DNA from: Bacillus subtilis subsp. subtilis str. 168
GTDB taxonomy: Bacteria; Bacillota; Bacilli; Bacillales; Bacillaceae
NCBI RefSeq assembly: GCF_000009045.1
Contig: NC_000964.3
Coordinates: 1,410,001 to 1,442,000, forward strand
Length of the DNA stretch: 32,000 nucleotides
Direction: 5' to 3'
Below, one piece after another: positions 1-9,212 of this stretch. The notes under the pieces are model-generated. The model was not told the origin of the DNA, did no database searches, and saw only the letters and a list, made by a program, of their open reading frames with translations. Position numbers and translations under genes: made by a program. How positions within the stretch are numbered: position 1 is the stretch's first letter; the number at the start of each line of letters is the position of its first letter.

Positions 1-1
1 T

Positions 2-577
2 GGAATATTTCTAGCGCTCAGCATTGAGTTTATTCCGGCCGAAGTCGTCTTGCCGCTTGCGGGCTATTGGGTATCTAAAGGCGATATGACACTTGCTGGC
101 GTTGTTTTGGCAGGATCGCTTGGAGGAGTGGCCGGTCCGCTTACGCTGTATTGGATAGGCCGGTACGGAGGAAGGCCGTTTCTTGAACGTTTTGGGAAGT
201 ATCTCTTTATTAAACCTGAAGCGCTTGATAAGTCAGATAATTTTTTCAAAAAACATGGGGGCTTTGTCGCCTTCAGCGGCCGTTTCTTGCCTGGTATCAG
301 GACATTGATTTCCATACCGTGCGGAATTGCAAAAATGAATGTTTGGGTGTTTTCGCTTTATACATTCATTGCTATGCTTCCGATTACATTTGTATATGTT
401 TATCTCGGTGTGAAGCTCGGTGAAAATTGGAAGGCAGTCGGCTCTATTCTTGATCAATATATGCTTCCGATCGGGATAGCGATTTTGGCGCTGTTCCTGC
501 TCTACTTACTGATGAAAAAGAGGAAGAAACGCACGCACTCCGAACAATTATCTGTATTTTTGAAAAATAAACGTTGA
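2..577 (+). CDS. ykoX: DedA-family membrane protein, 5' truncated by the window edge
   Basis: The reading frame is open from base 2 (GIFLALSIEFIPAEVVLPLAGYW...), so the listed start at 50 is internal. DedA-type motifs: FIPAEVVLPLAG, GRYGG and FLPGIRTLISIPCGIAKM. Confidence 0.88.
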   Translation, partial: GIFLALSIEFIPAEVVLPLAGYWVSKGDMTLAGVVLAGSLGGVAGPLTLYWIGRYGGRPFLERFGKYLFIKPEALDKSDNFFKKHGGFVAFSGRFLPGIRTLISIPCGIAKMNVWVFSLYTFIAMLPITFVYVYLGVKLGENWKAVGSILDQYMLPIGIAILALFLLYLLMKKRKKRTHSEQLSVFLKNKR

Positions 578-616
578 CAAATCACTGCGCTGCGCATATT
601 ATTGACGTATAAAATC

Positions 617-766
617 ATATTTCTTGAAATCCCAAAGGGGAGTAGCGTCCGGAATGTATTCCGGAAACAAAGTCGTCATTTCATGGATTGTATCCATCGG
701 CTTTGTTGGCATGCCTGAATTCATGTCTAGCAAGACCTTTGCCTTATGTCGGCAAAGGTCTTTTTT
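617..766 (+). promoter_or_regulatory. yybP-ykoY (Mn2+) riboswitch with terminator, controlling ykoY
   Basis: Conserved aptamer core 'CCCAAAGGGGAGTAGCGTCCGG' at 631-652, followed by a strong terminator hairpin AAGACCTTTGCC-TTATGTC-GGCAAAGGTCTT-TTTT (732-766). It lies directly upstream of a TerC-family gene. Outer boundaries are approximate. Confidence 0.93.
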
Positions 767-833
767 GCATGGTCCGGCCGGCATAAGATCGGATGAAGAG
801 AAAGAAAACAACTTTTTTGGGAGGGTATCATTT

Positions 834-1628
834 ATGGATGCAGCATTATTATTAGAGTATGGTTGGGTTCTTCTCGTCTTGATCGGGCTGGAAGGGATTT
901 TAGCCGCCGATAACGCGCTGGTTATGGCGGTAATGGTAAAACATTTGCCGGAGGAAAAAAGAAAAAAAGCGTTATTTTATGGATTGGCAGGGGCTTTTGT
1001 TCTGCGATTTGGCTCTTTATTTGCAATTTCTTTCTTGGTCAACGTATGGCAGGTTCAAGCGATTGGCGCGATCTATTTGCTGTATATCTCAGCAAGCCAC
1101 TTATTGAAAAGATATGTATTTAAGAAAGAAGACACACATAAAGAGACGAAGCAAAGCGGTTTTTGGCCGACTGTTTTAAAAGTTGAACTGGCAGATATCG
1201 CGTTTGCTGTTGATTCCATCTTAGCAGCAGTAGCGCTGGCGGTTACACTTCCTGGGACATCACTCCCGAAGATCGGCGGACTTGACGGAGGACAATTTCT
1301 CGTCATTTTGGCCGGCGGTATCATCGGACTGGTGATCATGCGGTTTGCGGCTTCCATGTTTGTGAAGTTATTAAAGGAACGTCCAAGCCTAGAAACAGCA
1401 GCCTTTGTGATTGTCGGCTGGGTCGGAGTGAAGCTTGCTTTATATACGCTTGCCCATCGCGACATAGCGGTTGTTTCTGAGCACTTTATCCATTCTGGAA
1501 CATGGAAGCTGATATTCTGGGGTGTCTTAGCAGCAATCGCGGTTTGCGGCTGGTTTATGTCAGGTGGGAAAAAACAGCCGGAGGGTGCACAAAACGAACA
1601 AAAAAACAGCACCCGTGAACGGGCGTAA
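834..1628 (+). CDS. ykoY: TerC-family integral membrane protein, probable Mn2+ exporter/metallation protein
   Basis: TerC-family sequence (EGILAADNALVMAVMVKHLP...KALFYGL; VELADIAFAVDSILAA). Start ATG at 834 with RBS 'GGGAGGG'. The longer ORF from 624 runs through the riboswitch. Confidence 0.93.
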   Translation: MDAALLLEYGWVLLVLIGLEGILAADNALVMAVMVKHLPEEKRKKALFYGLAGAFVLRFGSLFAISFLVNVWQVQAIGAIYLLYISASHLLKRYVFKKEDTHKETKQSGFWPTVLKVELADIAFAVDSILAAVALAVTLPGTSLPKIGGLDGGQFLVILAGGIIGLVIMRFAASMFVKLLKERPSLETAAFVIVGWVGVKLALYTLAHRDIAVVSEHFIHSGTWKLIFWGVLAAIAVCGWFMSGGKKQPEGAQNEQKNSTRERA

Positions 1629-1631
1629 TCT

Positions 1632-1664
1632 GAAAGACTCTGCTTAAAAGCAGAGTCTTTTTGT
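1632..1664 (+). terminator. Rho-independent terminator after ykoY
   Basis: AAAGACTCTGCTTAAAAGCAGAGTCTTTTTGT hairpin with T-run. Confidence 0.85.
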
Positions 1665-1736
1665 GTTTGAAGCGTTTTCATAAGCGAAATAAAATAACAT
1701 TTTTATAACATCTTTGTTACAAAAAACACGCATAAA

Positions 1737-1768
1737 ACCCCCTTAATTCTTTAGAAAGGCACGAAATC
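1737..1768 (+). promoter_or_regulatory. Putative autoregulatory SigI promoter
   Basis: 'ACCCCCTTAA' (-35-like) from 1737 and 'CGAAAT' (-10-like) near 1762, matching the described SigI-type -35 ACCCCC / -10 CGAA pattern. Located upstream of sigI. Confidence 0.65.
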
Positions 1769-1891
1769 ATGTATAGAACGTCAGAATGGTTTGTCATAAT
1801 TGAGACATTGGAAATCAATATTTCTTTTTCTCCTTTGCGAATCCCTATCAAATTAGCTATCATTAATGAGTAGTTATAGGGAGGAACTGAG

Positions 1892-2647
1892 GTGAAACCA
1901 GTGCTTAGCCTTTTGTTTAAATTGGGAAAAAAGAAGCAAACACTTGAAAAAGCTGTTGAGAGTATACAAAAAGGCAATAAAGATCTGCAAAATGAATTAA
2001 TACAGCAATATAAGCCATTTATCGCAAAGACGGTTTCATCCGTTTGTAAACGATATATAGATGAAAAAGACGATGAGTTCAGTATTGGACTGATCGCGTT
2101 TAATGAAGCTATAGAAAAATATTCACCTGAAAAAGGAAATTCTCTGCTCGCATTTGCTGAGCTTATTATAAAAAGAAAAGTCATTGATTACATTAGAAAA
2201 GAAGCCAGAAGCGCACAAAATATAAATATCGATTTACAGGAAGGAGACGATCAGGAGTCATCACAAAGCCTGATTGAAGCCGAGCTTTCCATTGATGAAT
2301 ACCGCCGTCAGATTGAACAGGAGCAGAGGCGGGAGGAAATCCTCTATTTTCAAAAGCAGCTCAAGGATTATGGTTTATCGTTTAAAGAACTGCTTGAAAA
2401 TTCTCCAAAACACACGGATGCAAGGCAAAACGCCATAAAGGTGGCAATGACGCTTGTTGAACATGAAGAATTGGCCGCTATCCTGTATACAAAGAAGCAG
2501 CTTCCGGTCAAACAGCTTGAACAGCTTGTCTCTGTAAGCCGAAAAACGATTGAGAGAAACAGAAAATATATTATTGCGATGTGTATTATCATTACGGGTG
2601 ATTATATTTATTTAAAAGATTATCTTAAAGGGGTGCTGCACTCATGA
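1892..2647 (+). CDS. sigI: Heat-inducible RNA polymerase sigma factor SigI
   Basis: GTG start with RBS 'GGGAGGAACTGAG'. Protein has a sigma-factor layout (NDLQNELIQQYKPFIAKTVSSVCKRYIDEKDDEFSIGLIAFNEAIEKYSPEKGNSLLAFAELIIKRKVIDYIRKEARS) and is translationally coupled to the RsgI gene. Confidence 0.95.
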   Translation: MKPVLSLLFKLGKKKQTLEKAVESIQKGNKDLQNELIQQYKPFIAKTVSSVCKRYIDEKDDEFSIGLIAFNEAIEKYSPEKGNSLLAFAELIIKRKVIDYIRKEARSAQNINIDLQEGDDQESSQSLIEAELSIDEYRRQIEQEQRREEILYFQKQLKDYGLSFKELLENSPKHTDARQNAIKVAMTLVEHEELAAILYTKKQLPVKQLEQLVSVSRKTIERNRKYIIAMCIIITGDYIYLKDYLKGVLHS

Positions 2648-3789
2648 GAAGAGGGATTATAGTAGAGAAAAATAAAAAATTCGTCACGTTGCTGACCCCT
2701 GACGGACAATTTTTAAAAGCCAAAAATGATCGACACAGCTATGAAATCGGAGAAGAAATCATGCTTCCGAGTGAAACACGCATGGGCAGAAGGGCCAGCT
2801 TTTTTGATTTTTTTAAACTGCGCCCTTTCAAAATGGGGATTTTTACGATGACTGCTATTATGCTCTTTATTTTTATAGTTCTCCCCGTTTTTTCTAATAA
2901 TAAGGCCTATGCGTATATGACAATCGATATCAATCCAAGCGTCGAAATGGCGTTAAACAGCGATTATGAAGTGATTGAACTGACGCCTCTAAACGATGAG
3001 GGACAGAAAGTCGTGAATGATATAGATGATTGGGAGAAGACTGATTTTAAAAAGGTGATTGACGATATTATAACCGACTGCAGTGAACACGGGTATGTAA
3101 AAAAATCGAAAGAAATATTGATTTCCACTGTTTATGAAAACACAGAAGACAATACATATAAAAAGGCTGTGAAAAAACAGCTGAATGATGTGACTGAAAA
3201 ATATAAAACGACATACCGCATGGAATCTCTCGAGTCAGATATGCAAACGAGGGAAAAAGCGAAGAAAGAAGGCGTCTCAACAGGCAGCTACATCAAATCA
3301 AATGAAAAGAATGACAATAAAGATATAAAAGATGACTCCAGCAAACCATCCGGGGAAGAGGATCAAAAGAGTGATGAAAATGAGGATGAAAACACCGATC
3401 AAACTGACACCCAGGACAGCAAGCAAGGAGATAATGAACAGCTGAATGATGCGGATTCCGGAGACCAGAAAGAAGAGAAAGCGGATGACCAGATTGATGA
3501 TAGTGACAAAGATAAAAAAATAAAGGAATCAGATGAAAACACAAATACCGAAAAAGATGGGGACCATGAGCAAACCCCAATACAAGATCCTCAAGATAAA
3601 GGAAATGAAAATAACGGCGCTGACAAGGGCCAAAGCCAATATCACAGGGACTGGAACAATGGTGAACAAGGCAAGAACCGTTCTTCGTCCAGAAGGGATA
3701 ACGCTTCAGACCGACGTAATCCAAACGGCTACAGCAGTGATAATCATTCAGCTAAAAATGAAGATTCGCCGAGTGCCCCCGGCGAATAA
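2644..3789 (+). CDS. rsgI: Anti-sigma-I factor RsgI, single-pass membrane protein with disordered acidic C-terminal region
   Basis: ATGA overlap with sigI. N-terminal RsgI_N-like region (VTLLTPDGQFLKAKN...YEIGEEI), a TM segment (GIFTMTAIMLFIFIVLPVF), then 'AYAYMTIDINPSVEMALN', typical of RsgI. Confidence 0.93.
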   Translation: MRRGIIVEKNKKFVTLLTPDGQFLKAKNDRHSYEIGEEIMLPSETRMGRRASFFDFFKLRPFKMGIFTMTAIMLFIFIVLPVFSNNKAYAYMTIDINPSVEMALNSDYEVIELTPLNDEGQKVVNDIDDWEKTDFKKVIDDIITDCSEHGYVKKSKEILISTVYENTEDNTYKKAVKKQLNDVTEKYKTTYRMESLESDMQTREKAKKEGVSTGSYIKSNEKNDNKDIKDDSSKPSGEEDQKSDENEDENTDQTDTQDSKQGDNEQLNDADSGDQKEEKADDQIDDSDKDKKIKESDENTNTEKDGDHEQTPIQDPQDKGNENNGADKGQSQYHRDWNNGEQGKNRSSSRRDNASDRRNPNGYSSDNHSAKNEDSPSAPGE

Positions 3790-3799
3790 AGACCTGAAT

Positions 3800-3994
3800 T
3801 TATTTAGTTGTGCCATTTAATTGTGATTGTGCTTGCTGTACCAGCCGCTTTGTCATTTCTCCGCCTACAGAGCCGTTAGCGCGTGCGACTGTATCAGAAC
3901 CAAGGTTCACACCGAATTCTTGAGCCACTTCGAGTTTAAATTGGTCTAGTGCCTGCTCCACCCCTGGAACAACGAGTTTATTTCTGCTCGCCAT
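3800..3994 (-). CDS. sspD: Small acid-soluble spore protein, alpha/beta type (SspD)
   Basis: [61 protein letters not shown], a classic alpha/beta SASP. Start taken at the ATG at 3992-3994; the listed ORF has 3 extra N-terminal codons. Confidence 0.96.
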   Translation of the reverse strand: MASRNKLVVPGVEQALDQFKLEVAQEFGVNLGSDTVARANGSVGGEMTKRLVQQAQSQLNGTTK

Positions 3995-4089
3995 CTTTTT
4001 CATCTCCTTTTTCGATAAAGAAATTCTTAACGCGTATTTAGTTTGAAATATACGGGGTTTATTTATGCTGGCAATTGTTGTGGAGAAAA

Positions 4090-4118
4090 ATAAAACCCCG
4101 GCCTCTGAGCCGGGGTGG
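4090..4118 (-). terminator. Rho-independent terminator for ykrK
   Basis: Minus strand: ACCCCGGCTCAGAGGCCGGGGTTTTATTTTT. Confidence 0.85.
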
Positions 4119-4124
4119 CGCAGA

Positions 4125-4826
4125 CTATAGAATGTCTGCTGTCATTTTATGTGCGGTTGCCTGAATATGGAATGTCAAAATGGAGAGGACTGTAATGGCG
4201 ATAATCTGTCTGATTTTAAGCCATTGGCTGTCATTCAGTTCTTCAAAACGGTGACGGAGACGCTCTGTCTCCTGTTCGGCGATCTCCTGCAGATTTGATT
4301 CTTTCATAGAAGGAGTATCTTGGTGATGGATGGCATCAAGCACATATGCGCAGCTTTCATAATAAGCAATCGGGCTGATGACATCATCAGATCTGTCTGA
4401 GATTGTGTTAAAGGCCACTTTTAAAATAGCCCGTATGTGTTCAAAGTCATAAATGGATTTTAAATCACGTACAATTAAAAGAATAACTGCCTGTTCAATT
4501 GAGTATTTTTTGCCCAGCTCAGGGTGTCCGATCAGATCTTTGATATCACGCTTTACCCAGTTTTGAATCGCGGTTGACTTTAACGAAGTCAGCTCGCATA
4601 AGTTGCCAAGCTCTACGATTTCATTTGTAGACAGACCGTATTCTTTTTTCTGTTTTTTTCGTTCGTATCTTGTAAGAAATTCAGGAATTTCTAGATGATT
4701 GGCTGCTTTTTCTGCTGACATGTTCGCTGATTGGACGAGAATGTCGAGCGGGCTATGTTCTCCTTGTCCTTTTAGGGAATAGAGCAGCCGCACCATATCG
4801 GTTCGAGAGAGTTTAAAAATGTTCAT
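4125..4826 (-). CDS. ykrK: DUF1836-like transcriptional regulator, repressor of htpX
   Basis: 233-aa ORF divergent from htpX. DUF1836-like central segment ([28 protein letters not shown]...[19 protein letters not shown]). Identity by synteny and known biology. Confidence 0.85.
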   Translation of the reverse strand: MNIFKLSRTDMVRLLYSLKGQGEHSPLDILVQSANMSAEKAANHLEIPEFLTRYERKKQKKEYGLSTNEIVELGNLCELTSLKSTAIQNWVKRDIKDLIGHPELGKKYSIEQAVILLIVRDLKSIYDFEHIRAILKVAFNTISDRSDDVISPIAYYESCAYVLDAIHHQDTPSMKESNLQEIAEQETERLRHRFEELNDSQWLKIRQIIAITVLSILTFHIQATAHKMTADIL

Positions 4827-4924
4827 TGTTCACCTCTTTAAACAATTTGACGCGGATATAGGTCTATGTATAAGTTCAAAATTCAAGCGTCAGCAAATTA
4901 CATTAACATCATACGTCGAATTCC

Positions 4925-4952
4925 TTGCATTTTCAAATGGATGTTTTATAAT
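4925..4952 (+). promoter_or_regulatory. Putative SigA promoter of htpX
   Basis: TTGCAT (4925-4930), 16-bp spacer, TATAAT (4947-4952). Confidence 0.6.
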
Positions 4953-4996
4953 TTAAATATACGGGTTCTTTTGAACTTAAAATAACGGAGGTTGTT

Positions 4997-5893
4997 ATGG
5001 CGAAAAGAATTTTTCTGTTTATTCTAACGAATATTTTGGTGCTTACAACAATCGGGATCGTTTTGTCTGTTTTAAGCTCTGTTACAGGAGTCGGGACGTA
5101 CTTTACAGCTGATGGCGGTATCGATCCAATGGCGCTTCTTGTGTTCAGTTTAGTCGTTGGATTTGTCGGTTCCTTTACGTCTCTTGCGATATCCAGATGG
5201 ATGGCAAAGACGATGATGGGCGTCAGAGTGCTGAATCCGAAAAAACACTCGCTCAGCTATGAGGAACAGCAATTGGTTGATCGTGTTCACAGATTAAGCC
5301 GCTCTGCCGGTTTAACGAAAATGCCGGAAGTCGGGATTTACCGTTCACCTGAAGTAAACGCGTTTGCGACTGGACCGTCAAAACGCCGTTCACTTGTCGC
5401 AGTATCGTCAGGGCTGCTGGAGCAGATGGATGACGCAGCAGTTGAAGGTGTGCTTGCCCACGAGGTCGCGCATATCACAAATGGTGATATGGTAACAATG
5501 ACGCTTTTACAAGGTATCGTTAATACCTTTGTCGTCTTTTTATCGCGTATCGCCGCTTGGATAGCAAGCCGTTTTGTCAAAGAAGATCTAGCGCCGATCG
5601 TTCATTTTATTGCAATGATTATTTTTCAGATTGTCTTTTCGATACTTGGCAGCCTGGTTGTGTTTGCGTATTCACGCCATCGTGAATTCCATGCTGACAG
5701 GGGAGGAGCGGATCTTGCCGGCAAGGACAAGATGATTCATGCGCTGCGGACGCTTAAAAGCTATTCTTCCCGGATTTTGGAAGACGATCAGACAGCTGTC
5801 CAAACGTTAAAGATTAATGGCAAGAAGCGCTCTTCACTTTTCTCTACTCATCCTGATTTAGATGAGCGAATCAGACGGCTGGAAGCTAAATAA
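4997..5893 (+). CDS. htpX: HtpX membrane zinc metalloprotease (M48)
   Basis: [10 protein letters not shown] zinc-binding motif, four hydrophobic segments, [16 protein letters not shown]-terminus. Confidence 0.96.
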   Translation: MAKRIFLFILTNILVLTTIGIVLSVLSSVTGVGTYFTADGGIDPMALLVFSLVVGFVGSFTSLAISRWMAKTMMGVRVLNPKKHSLSYEEQQLVDRVHRLSRSAGLTKMPEVGIYRSPEVNAFATGPSKRRSLVAVSSGLLEQMDDAAVEGVLAHEVAHITNGDMVTMTLLQGIVNTFVVFLSRIAAWIASRFVKEDLAPIVHFIAMIIFQIVFSILGSLVVFAYSRHREFHADRGGADLAGKDKMIHALRTLKSYSSRILEDDQTAVQTLKINGKKRSSLFSTHPDLDERIRRLEAK

Positions 5894-5907
5894 TACAAAC
5901 ACATTGT

Positions 5908-5937
5908 TCCTCTGAGAGAATTCTCAGAGGTTTTTTA
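5908..5937 (+). terminator. Rho-independent terminator after htpX
   Basis: CCTCTGAGAGAATTCTCAGAGGTTTTTTATTT. Confidence 0.9.
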
Positions 5938-6066
5938 TTTTATCCATTGACTAAAATCATAAAAAAATAAGCAAGTTAAGAAAATGTTTCGTAAAAGCCT
6001 TTAAAAATGGACCTAATATCTTTAGAATAATTACCGTACTTAAAAAGAGAGGCAGAAGGATTTTAC

Positions 6067-7416
6067 ATGAGATTAAAGTTTGGAAAATTGATACAGGCCT
6101 TGTCACCGGCCCAGCTGATCGCATTATATTATTTTCTTGCAGTTACTGTGGCCGTTATATTGCTGAGTTTGCCGGCGGCCCATAAACCGGGGGCGGATTG
6201 GACGTTTATTGATGCGCTTTTTACAGCTGTCAGTTCAGTCAGTGTAACGGGGCTGACAGTTGTTGATACAGCTGATACATTCAGCACAATAGGGATTTTT
6301 ATATTAGCATTTGTTCTGCAATTTGGCGGAATCGGAATTATGACGCTCGGAACGTTCATTTGGCTGATCATGGGAAAACGAATCGGGCTGAAAGAACGGA
6401 AGCTGATTATGGTTGATCAAAACCAATCCCAGTTTTCAGGAATTGTCAATCTGATGAAGCAGGTACTGTTTCTGATCTTGTGGATTGAATTTTTTGGCGG
6501 GCTGATACTCGGCACATATTTCTTAACCTACTATGACTCCTATCAGGAAGCCTATTTACACGGATTTTTTGCCAGTATCAGTGCAACGACAAACGGCGGA
6601 TTTGATATTACCGGTAATTCGATGATTCCATTTCGCCACGATTACTTTGTGCAGTTTATTACAATGCTTTTAATTATATTTGGAGCGATTGGATTTCCCG
6701 TGCTTGTTGAAGTAAAGGATTTCCTGTTTTCAAAGCATCGGCGTTATCCATTTACGCTTTTTACAAAGATCACGACGATTACGTTCGGCTCACTTGTCTT
6801 GTTTGGAGCCATTGGCATCTTTGCCCTGGAAGCAAACCATGCGTTCGCAGGAAAATCATGGCATGATATTTTGTTTTTGTCCCTGTTTCAATCAACGGCA
6901 ACCCGAAGCGGGGGGCTGGCAACAATCGATATCAGCCAATTATCAGATTCCACACTCTTTTTTATTTGTGCGCTGATGTTTATTGGAGCGTCGCCAAGCT
7001 CAGTCGGGGGAGGCATAAGGACAACGACTTTTGCTTTGAACCTTCTTGCGCTGTTTCATTTTGCCCGCGGCAATAAGGCCGTAAAGGTATTCAAACGGGA
7101 GCTTCACCCTGCTGACTTGATGAAGTCGCTTGTTGTCACGATGATGGCGATCCTGCTCGTTTTTGGCGCGACACTCATTCTGACCATTACAGAAAAACAT
7201 TCCCTGCTGGAGCTTTTGTTTGAAGTGTGCTCGGCATTCGGTACAACCGGCCTATCGCTTGGAATTACGGCAGATTTGAGCAGTGTTGGAAAATGCGTCA
7301 TTATGATTGTCATGTTTATCGGGCGAATCGGCATCTTGACCTTCCTGTATCTGATCGGAAGAAAGGAAATTGAAGCGAATTATCACTATCCGAAGGAAAG
7401 AGTGATTATCGGATAG
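6067..7416 (+). CDS. ktrD: KtrD potassium uptake channel subunit (TrkH/Ktr family)
   Basis: Repeated P-loop selectivity filter signatures (SSVSVTGLTVVDT, ATTNGGFDITG, STATRSGGLATID, SAFGTTGLSLGI). Full-length 449-aa ORF. Confidence 0.95.
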   Translation: MRLKFGKLIQALSPAQLIALYYFLAVTVAVILLSLPAAHKPGADWTFIDALFTAVSSVSVTGLTVVDTADTFSTIGIFILAFVLQFGGIGIMTLGTFIWLIMGKRIGLKERKLIMVDQNQSQFSGIVNLMKQVLFLILWIEFFGGLILGTYFLTYYDSYQEAYLHGFFASISATTNGGFDITGNSMIPFRHDYFVQFITMLLIIFGAIGFPVLVEVKDFLFSKHRRYPFTLFTKITTITFGSLVLFGAIGIFALEANHAFAGKSWHDILFLSLFQSTATRSGGLATIDISQLSDSTLFFICALMFIGASPSSVGGGIRTTTFALNLLALFHFARGNKAVKVFKRELHPADLMKSLVVTMMAILLVFGATLILTITEKHSLLELLFEVCSAFGTTGLSLGITADLSSVGKCVIMIVMFIGRIGILTFLYLIGRKEIEANYHYPKERVIIG

Positions 7417-7419
7417 GCA

Positions 7420-7449
7420 AAACACCGCATATTTTGCGGTGTTTTTTGA
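7420..7449 (+). terminator. Rho-independent terminator after ktrD
   Basis: AAACACCGCATATTTTGCGGTGTTTTTTG. Confidence 0.88.
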
Positions 7450-7560
7450 TTACCAAAAAAAAGATGTGTGCCTCCTGTTCAGTTGGAGAACCTAACTCCG
7501 ACAGGTGCAATTTACGCTCCTGCATCTTAAAATGTCTGAAAATTGGCGAGGAGGATTCGT

Positions 7561-7716
7561 ATGAAGCGTAAAGCTGAAGTGAATGAAGCCATTAAAAATA
7601 ACAATACACCTACCGAGAGCATGGACCCCAATTCATATAAGACACAATATCATGACGACCCCAATTTTAGAGGGGCAAACCGCAATTCCAAACAGGGCCA
7701 GCAGGGAGGCATGTAA
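7561..7716 (+). CDS. Small hydrophilic protein, 51 aa (MKRKAEVNEAIKNNNTPTESMDPNSYKTQYHDDPNFRGANRNSKQGQQGGM)
   Basis: ATG start preceded by 'GAGGAGGATTCGT' RBS. Below the ORF-track size cut-off; translated manually. Confidence 0.75.
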   Translation: MKRKAEVNEAIKNNNTPTESMDPNSYKTQYHDDPNFRGANRNSKQGQQGGM

Positions 7717-7718
7717 TT

Positions 7719-7895
7719 GTGAAGAAAAACCGTCATAGCAGAGACATGCAAAATCATAAAAAGCCTATGAATAAAAAGGTGCTGGAGGAAGAATTCTCAA
7801 GTGAACTCGGGGATTACAATGCCGGAAAGATCATCGAAACGCTGGAAGTCACCAAGCCTGAAAAGAAAAAAGAAAAAAACAAAAAACAACAATAA
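7719..7895 (+). CDS. Small basic protein, 58 aa (MKKNRHSRDMQNHKKPMNKKVLEEEFSSELGDYNAGKIIETLEVTKPEKKKEKNKKQQ)
   Basis: GTG start 2 nt after the stop of the preceding ORF, whose 3' end supplies an RBS-like 'CAGGGAGGC'. Followed by a terminator. Confidence 0.7.
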   Translation: MKKNRHSRDMQNHKKPMNKKVLEEEFSSELGDYNAGKIIETLEVTKPEKKKEKNKKQQ

Positions 7896-7938
7896 AAAAG
7901 ACCTCTTAGGCGGCGTCCCGCTTAAGAGGTGCTTTTTC
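7896..7938. terminator. Terminator, possibly bidirectional (small-ORF pair and ykrP)
   Basis: AAAAAGACCTCTTAGGCGGCGTCCCGCTTAAGAGGTGCTTTTT. Confidence 0.82.
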
Positions 7939-8960
7939 TATTTTAAATAAGCATTTTTGCCCGTTCCTCTGACAAATTGCAATAAGCTTGTCATCCTCAG
8001 CTCAATGAATGGCTGAGCGACTGTCTTAACAAAGTTGCTGGAGAGGACTGATGTCAGGGCTGCTGTTAAAAGCAAGAGGATCACTAAGCTTTGATAGTCA
8101 GTAAGCCAATCCTCAAGCCCGACCTGCCGTAATGTCTTAATAATAAACCCGTGAAGCAGATACACGTAAAATGTCCGGGTTCCCCATTTGGTAAAGAAAT
8201 ACCGTTTTTGCGGAACGAGCGCTAAAAAGCTGAAGGTTGCCCCAAAGGCGAGTACATACCAGCCGATTCGGGATAGTCCGCTTACCAGGGTAACGTCTCC
8301 AAATGAAGAATACGGTTTTGAACCAAACAGAAAAGAATAGTCAAAATCGATGCCCCAGCAGATGACGAATACTGCGGCAAGCACTCCGAGCGCAATTTGT
8401 TTGCCGCGTTTTGATCTCAATAAATCAAAATGATGTTTATTTAAATAAAAACCGACAAGGAACATCGGTAAGAATACGAATGTCCGTGACAAGCTCAGCG
8501 TGCTGCTGACAAAGTCCAGATAACCGATCAGCACGGCGATTCCGCAGCTGACAAACAGCGCCCACTGCTTTGAAAGCTTTGAAAAAGGATATAGGAGCAG
8601 GTTCCAAAAGAATAAGCTTACAAGAAACCATAACGACCATTGCGGATCAATCGGGTTCACATTTGCCATGCTTTCATCTTGCATAATGTAATAAAAGACG
8701 GAATAAATAATTTGGAAAATCAAATACGGAATAATCAGCTTGACCGCCAGCTTTTTTACATATCCCGCCCGTTTAAAGCCTTTCGCGAAATAACCGGATA
8801 CAAGAATAAATGCAGGCATATGGAATGTGTAAATGAACTTGTAGAGGTAGAGCATAAAATGATTATCATTAATAAAGGAACGAAGGATATGACCGAATAC
8901 AACAAGGAATATCAATAAAAATTTTGCGTTATCGAAATAACTGTCCCGCGATTTACTCAT
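7938..8960 (-). CDS. ykrP: Membrane acyltransferase (acyltransferase 3 family)
   Basis: [26 protein letters not shown]...[13 protein letters not shown], multiple TM segments. The ATG at 8958-8960 is preferred over the listed 8987 because 'AGAGAAGGTGATGCT' lies just upstream. Confidence 0.88.
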
Positions 8961-9212
8961 AGCATCACCTTCTCTTTCATCAGTCACTAAGAGATTATTC
9001 CCTGCTGGTACATATTTTAAAATAAAAGATGAAAAAGGAATCTAAAAAAATGCTGATTGTTAGGTCGATGTAAAGTGACGGTAAGGATCGTAGAAAATGT
9101 CTTCGTAATGTAATGACGCTGAAATTTTCTGAAATTTATAGGGCAAATGAAGGAAGTTCCCGCATTTTGTAGAAATATTGAGGGATAGGTTTTGAAGAAG
9201 GAGTGTACATGC

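Noticed and set aside
624-836. N-terminal extension of ykoY and overlapping minus-strand ORF 599..811
   Set aside because: Both run through the yybP-ykoY riboswitch and its terminator; the real start is the ATG at 834 with a good RBS.
1073-1681. 202-aa minus-strand ORF opposite ykoY
   Set aside because: Shadow ORF antisense to a strongly supported TerC-family gene; no family features of its own.
1717-2184. 155-aa minus-strand ORF across the sigI promoter and 5' end
   Set aside because: Overlaps the SigI promoter and sigI coding region, with no recognisable protein features.
3293-3724. 143-aa minus-strand ORF opposite rsgI
   Set aside because: His/Cys/Leu-rich composition is the direct complement of the Asp/Glu/Lys-rich rsgI tail; an artefact.
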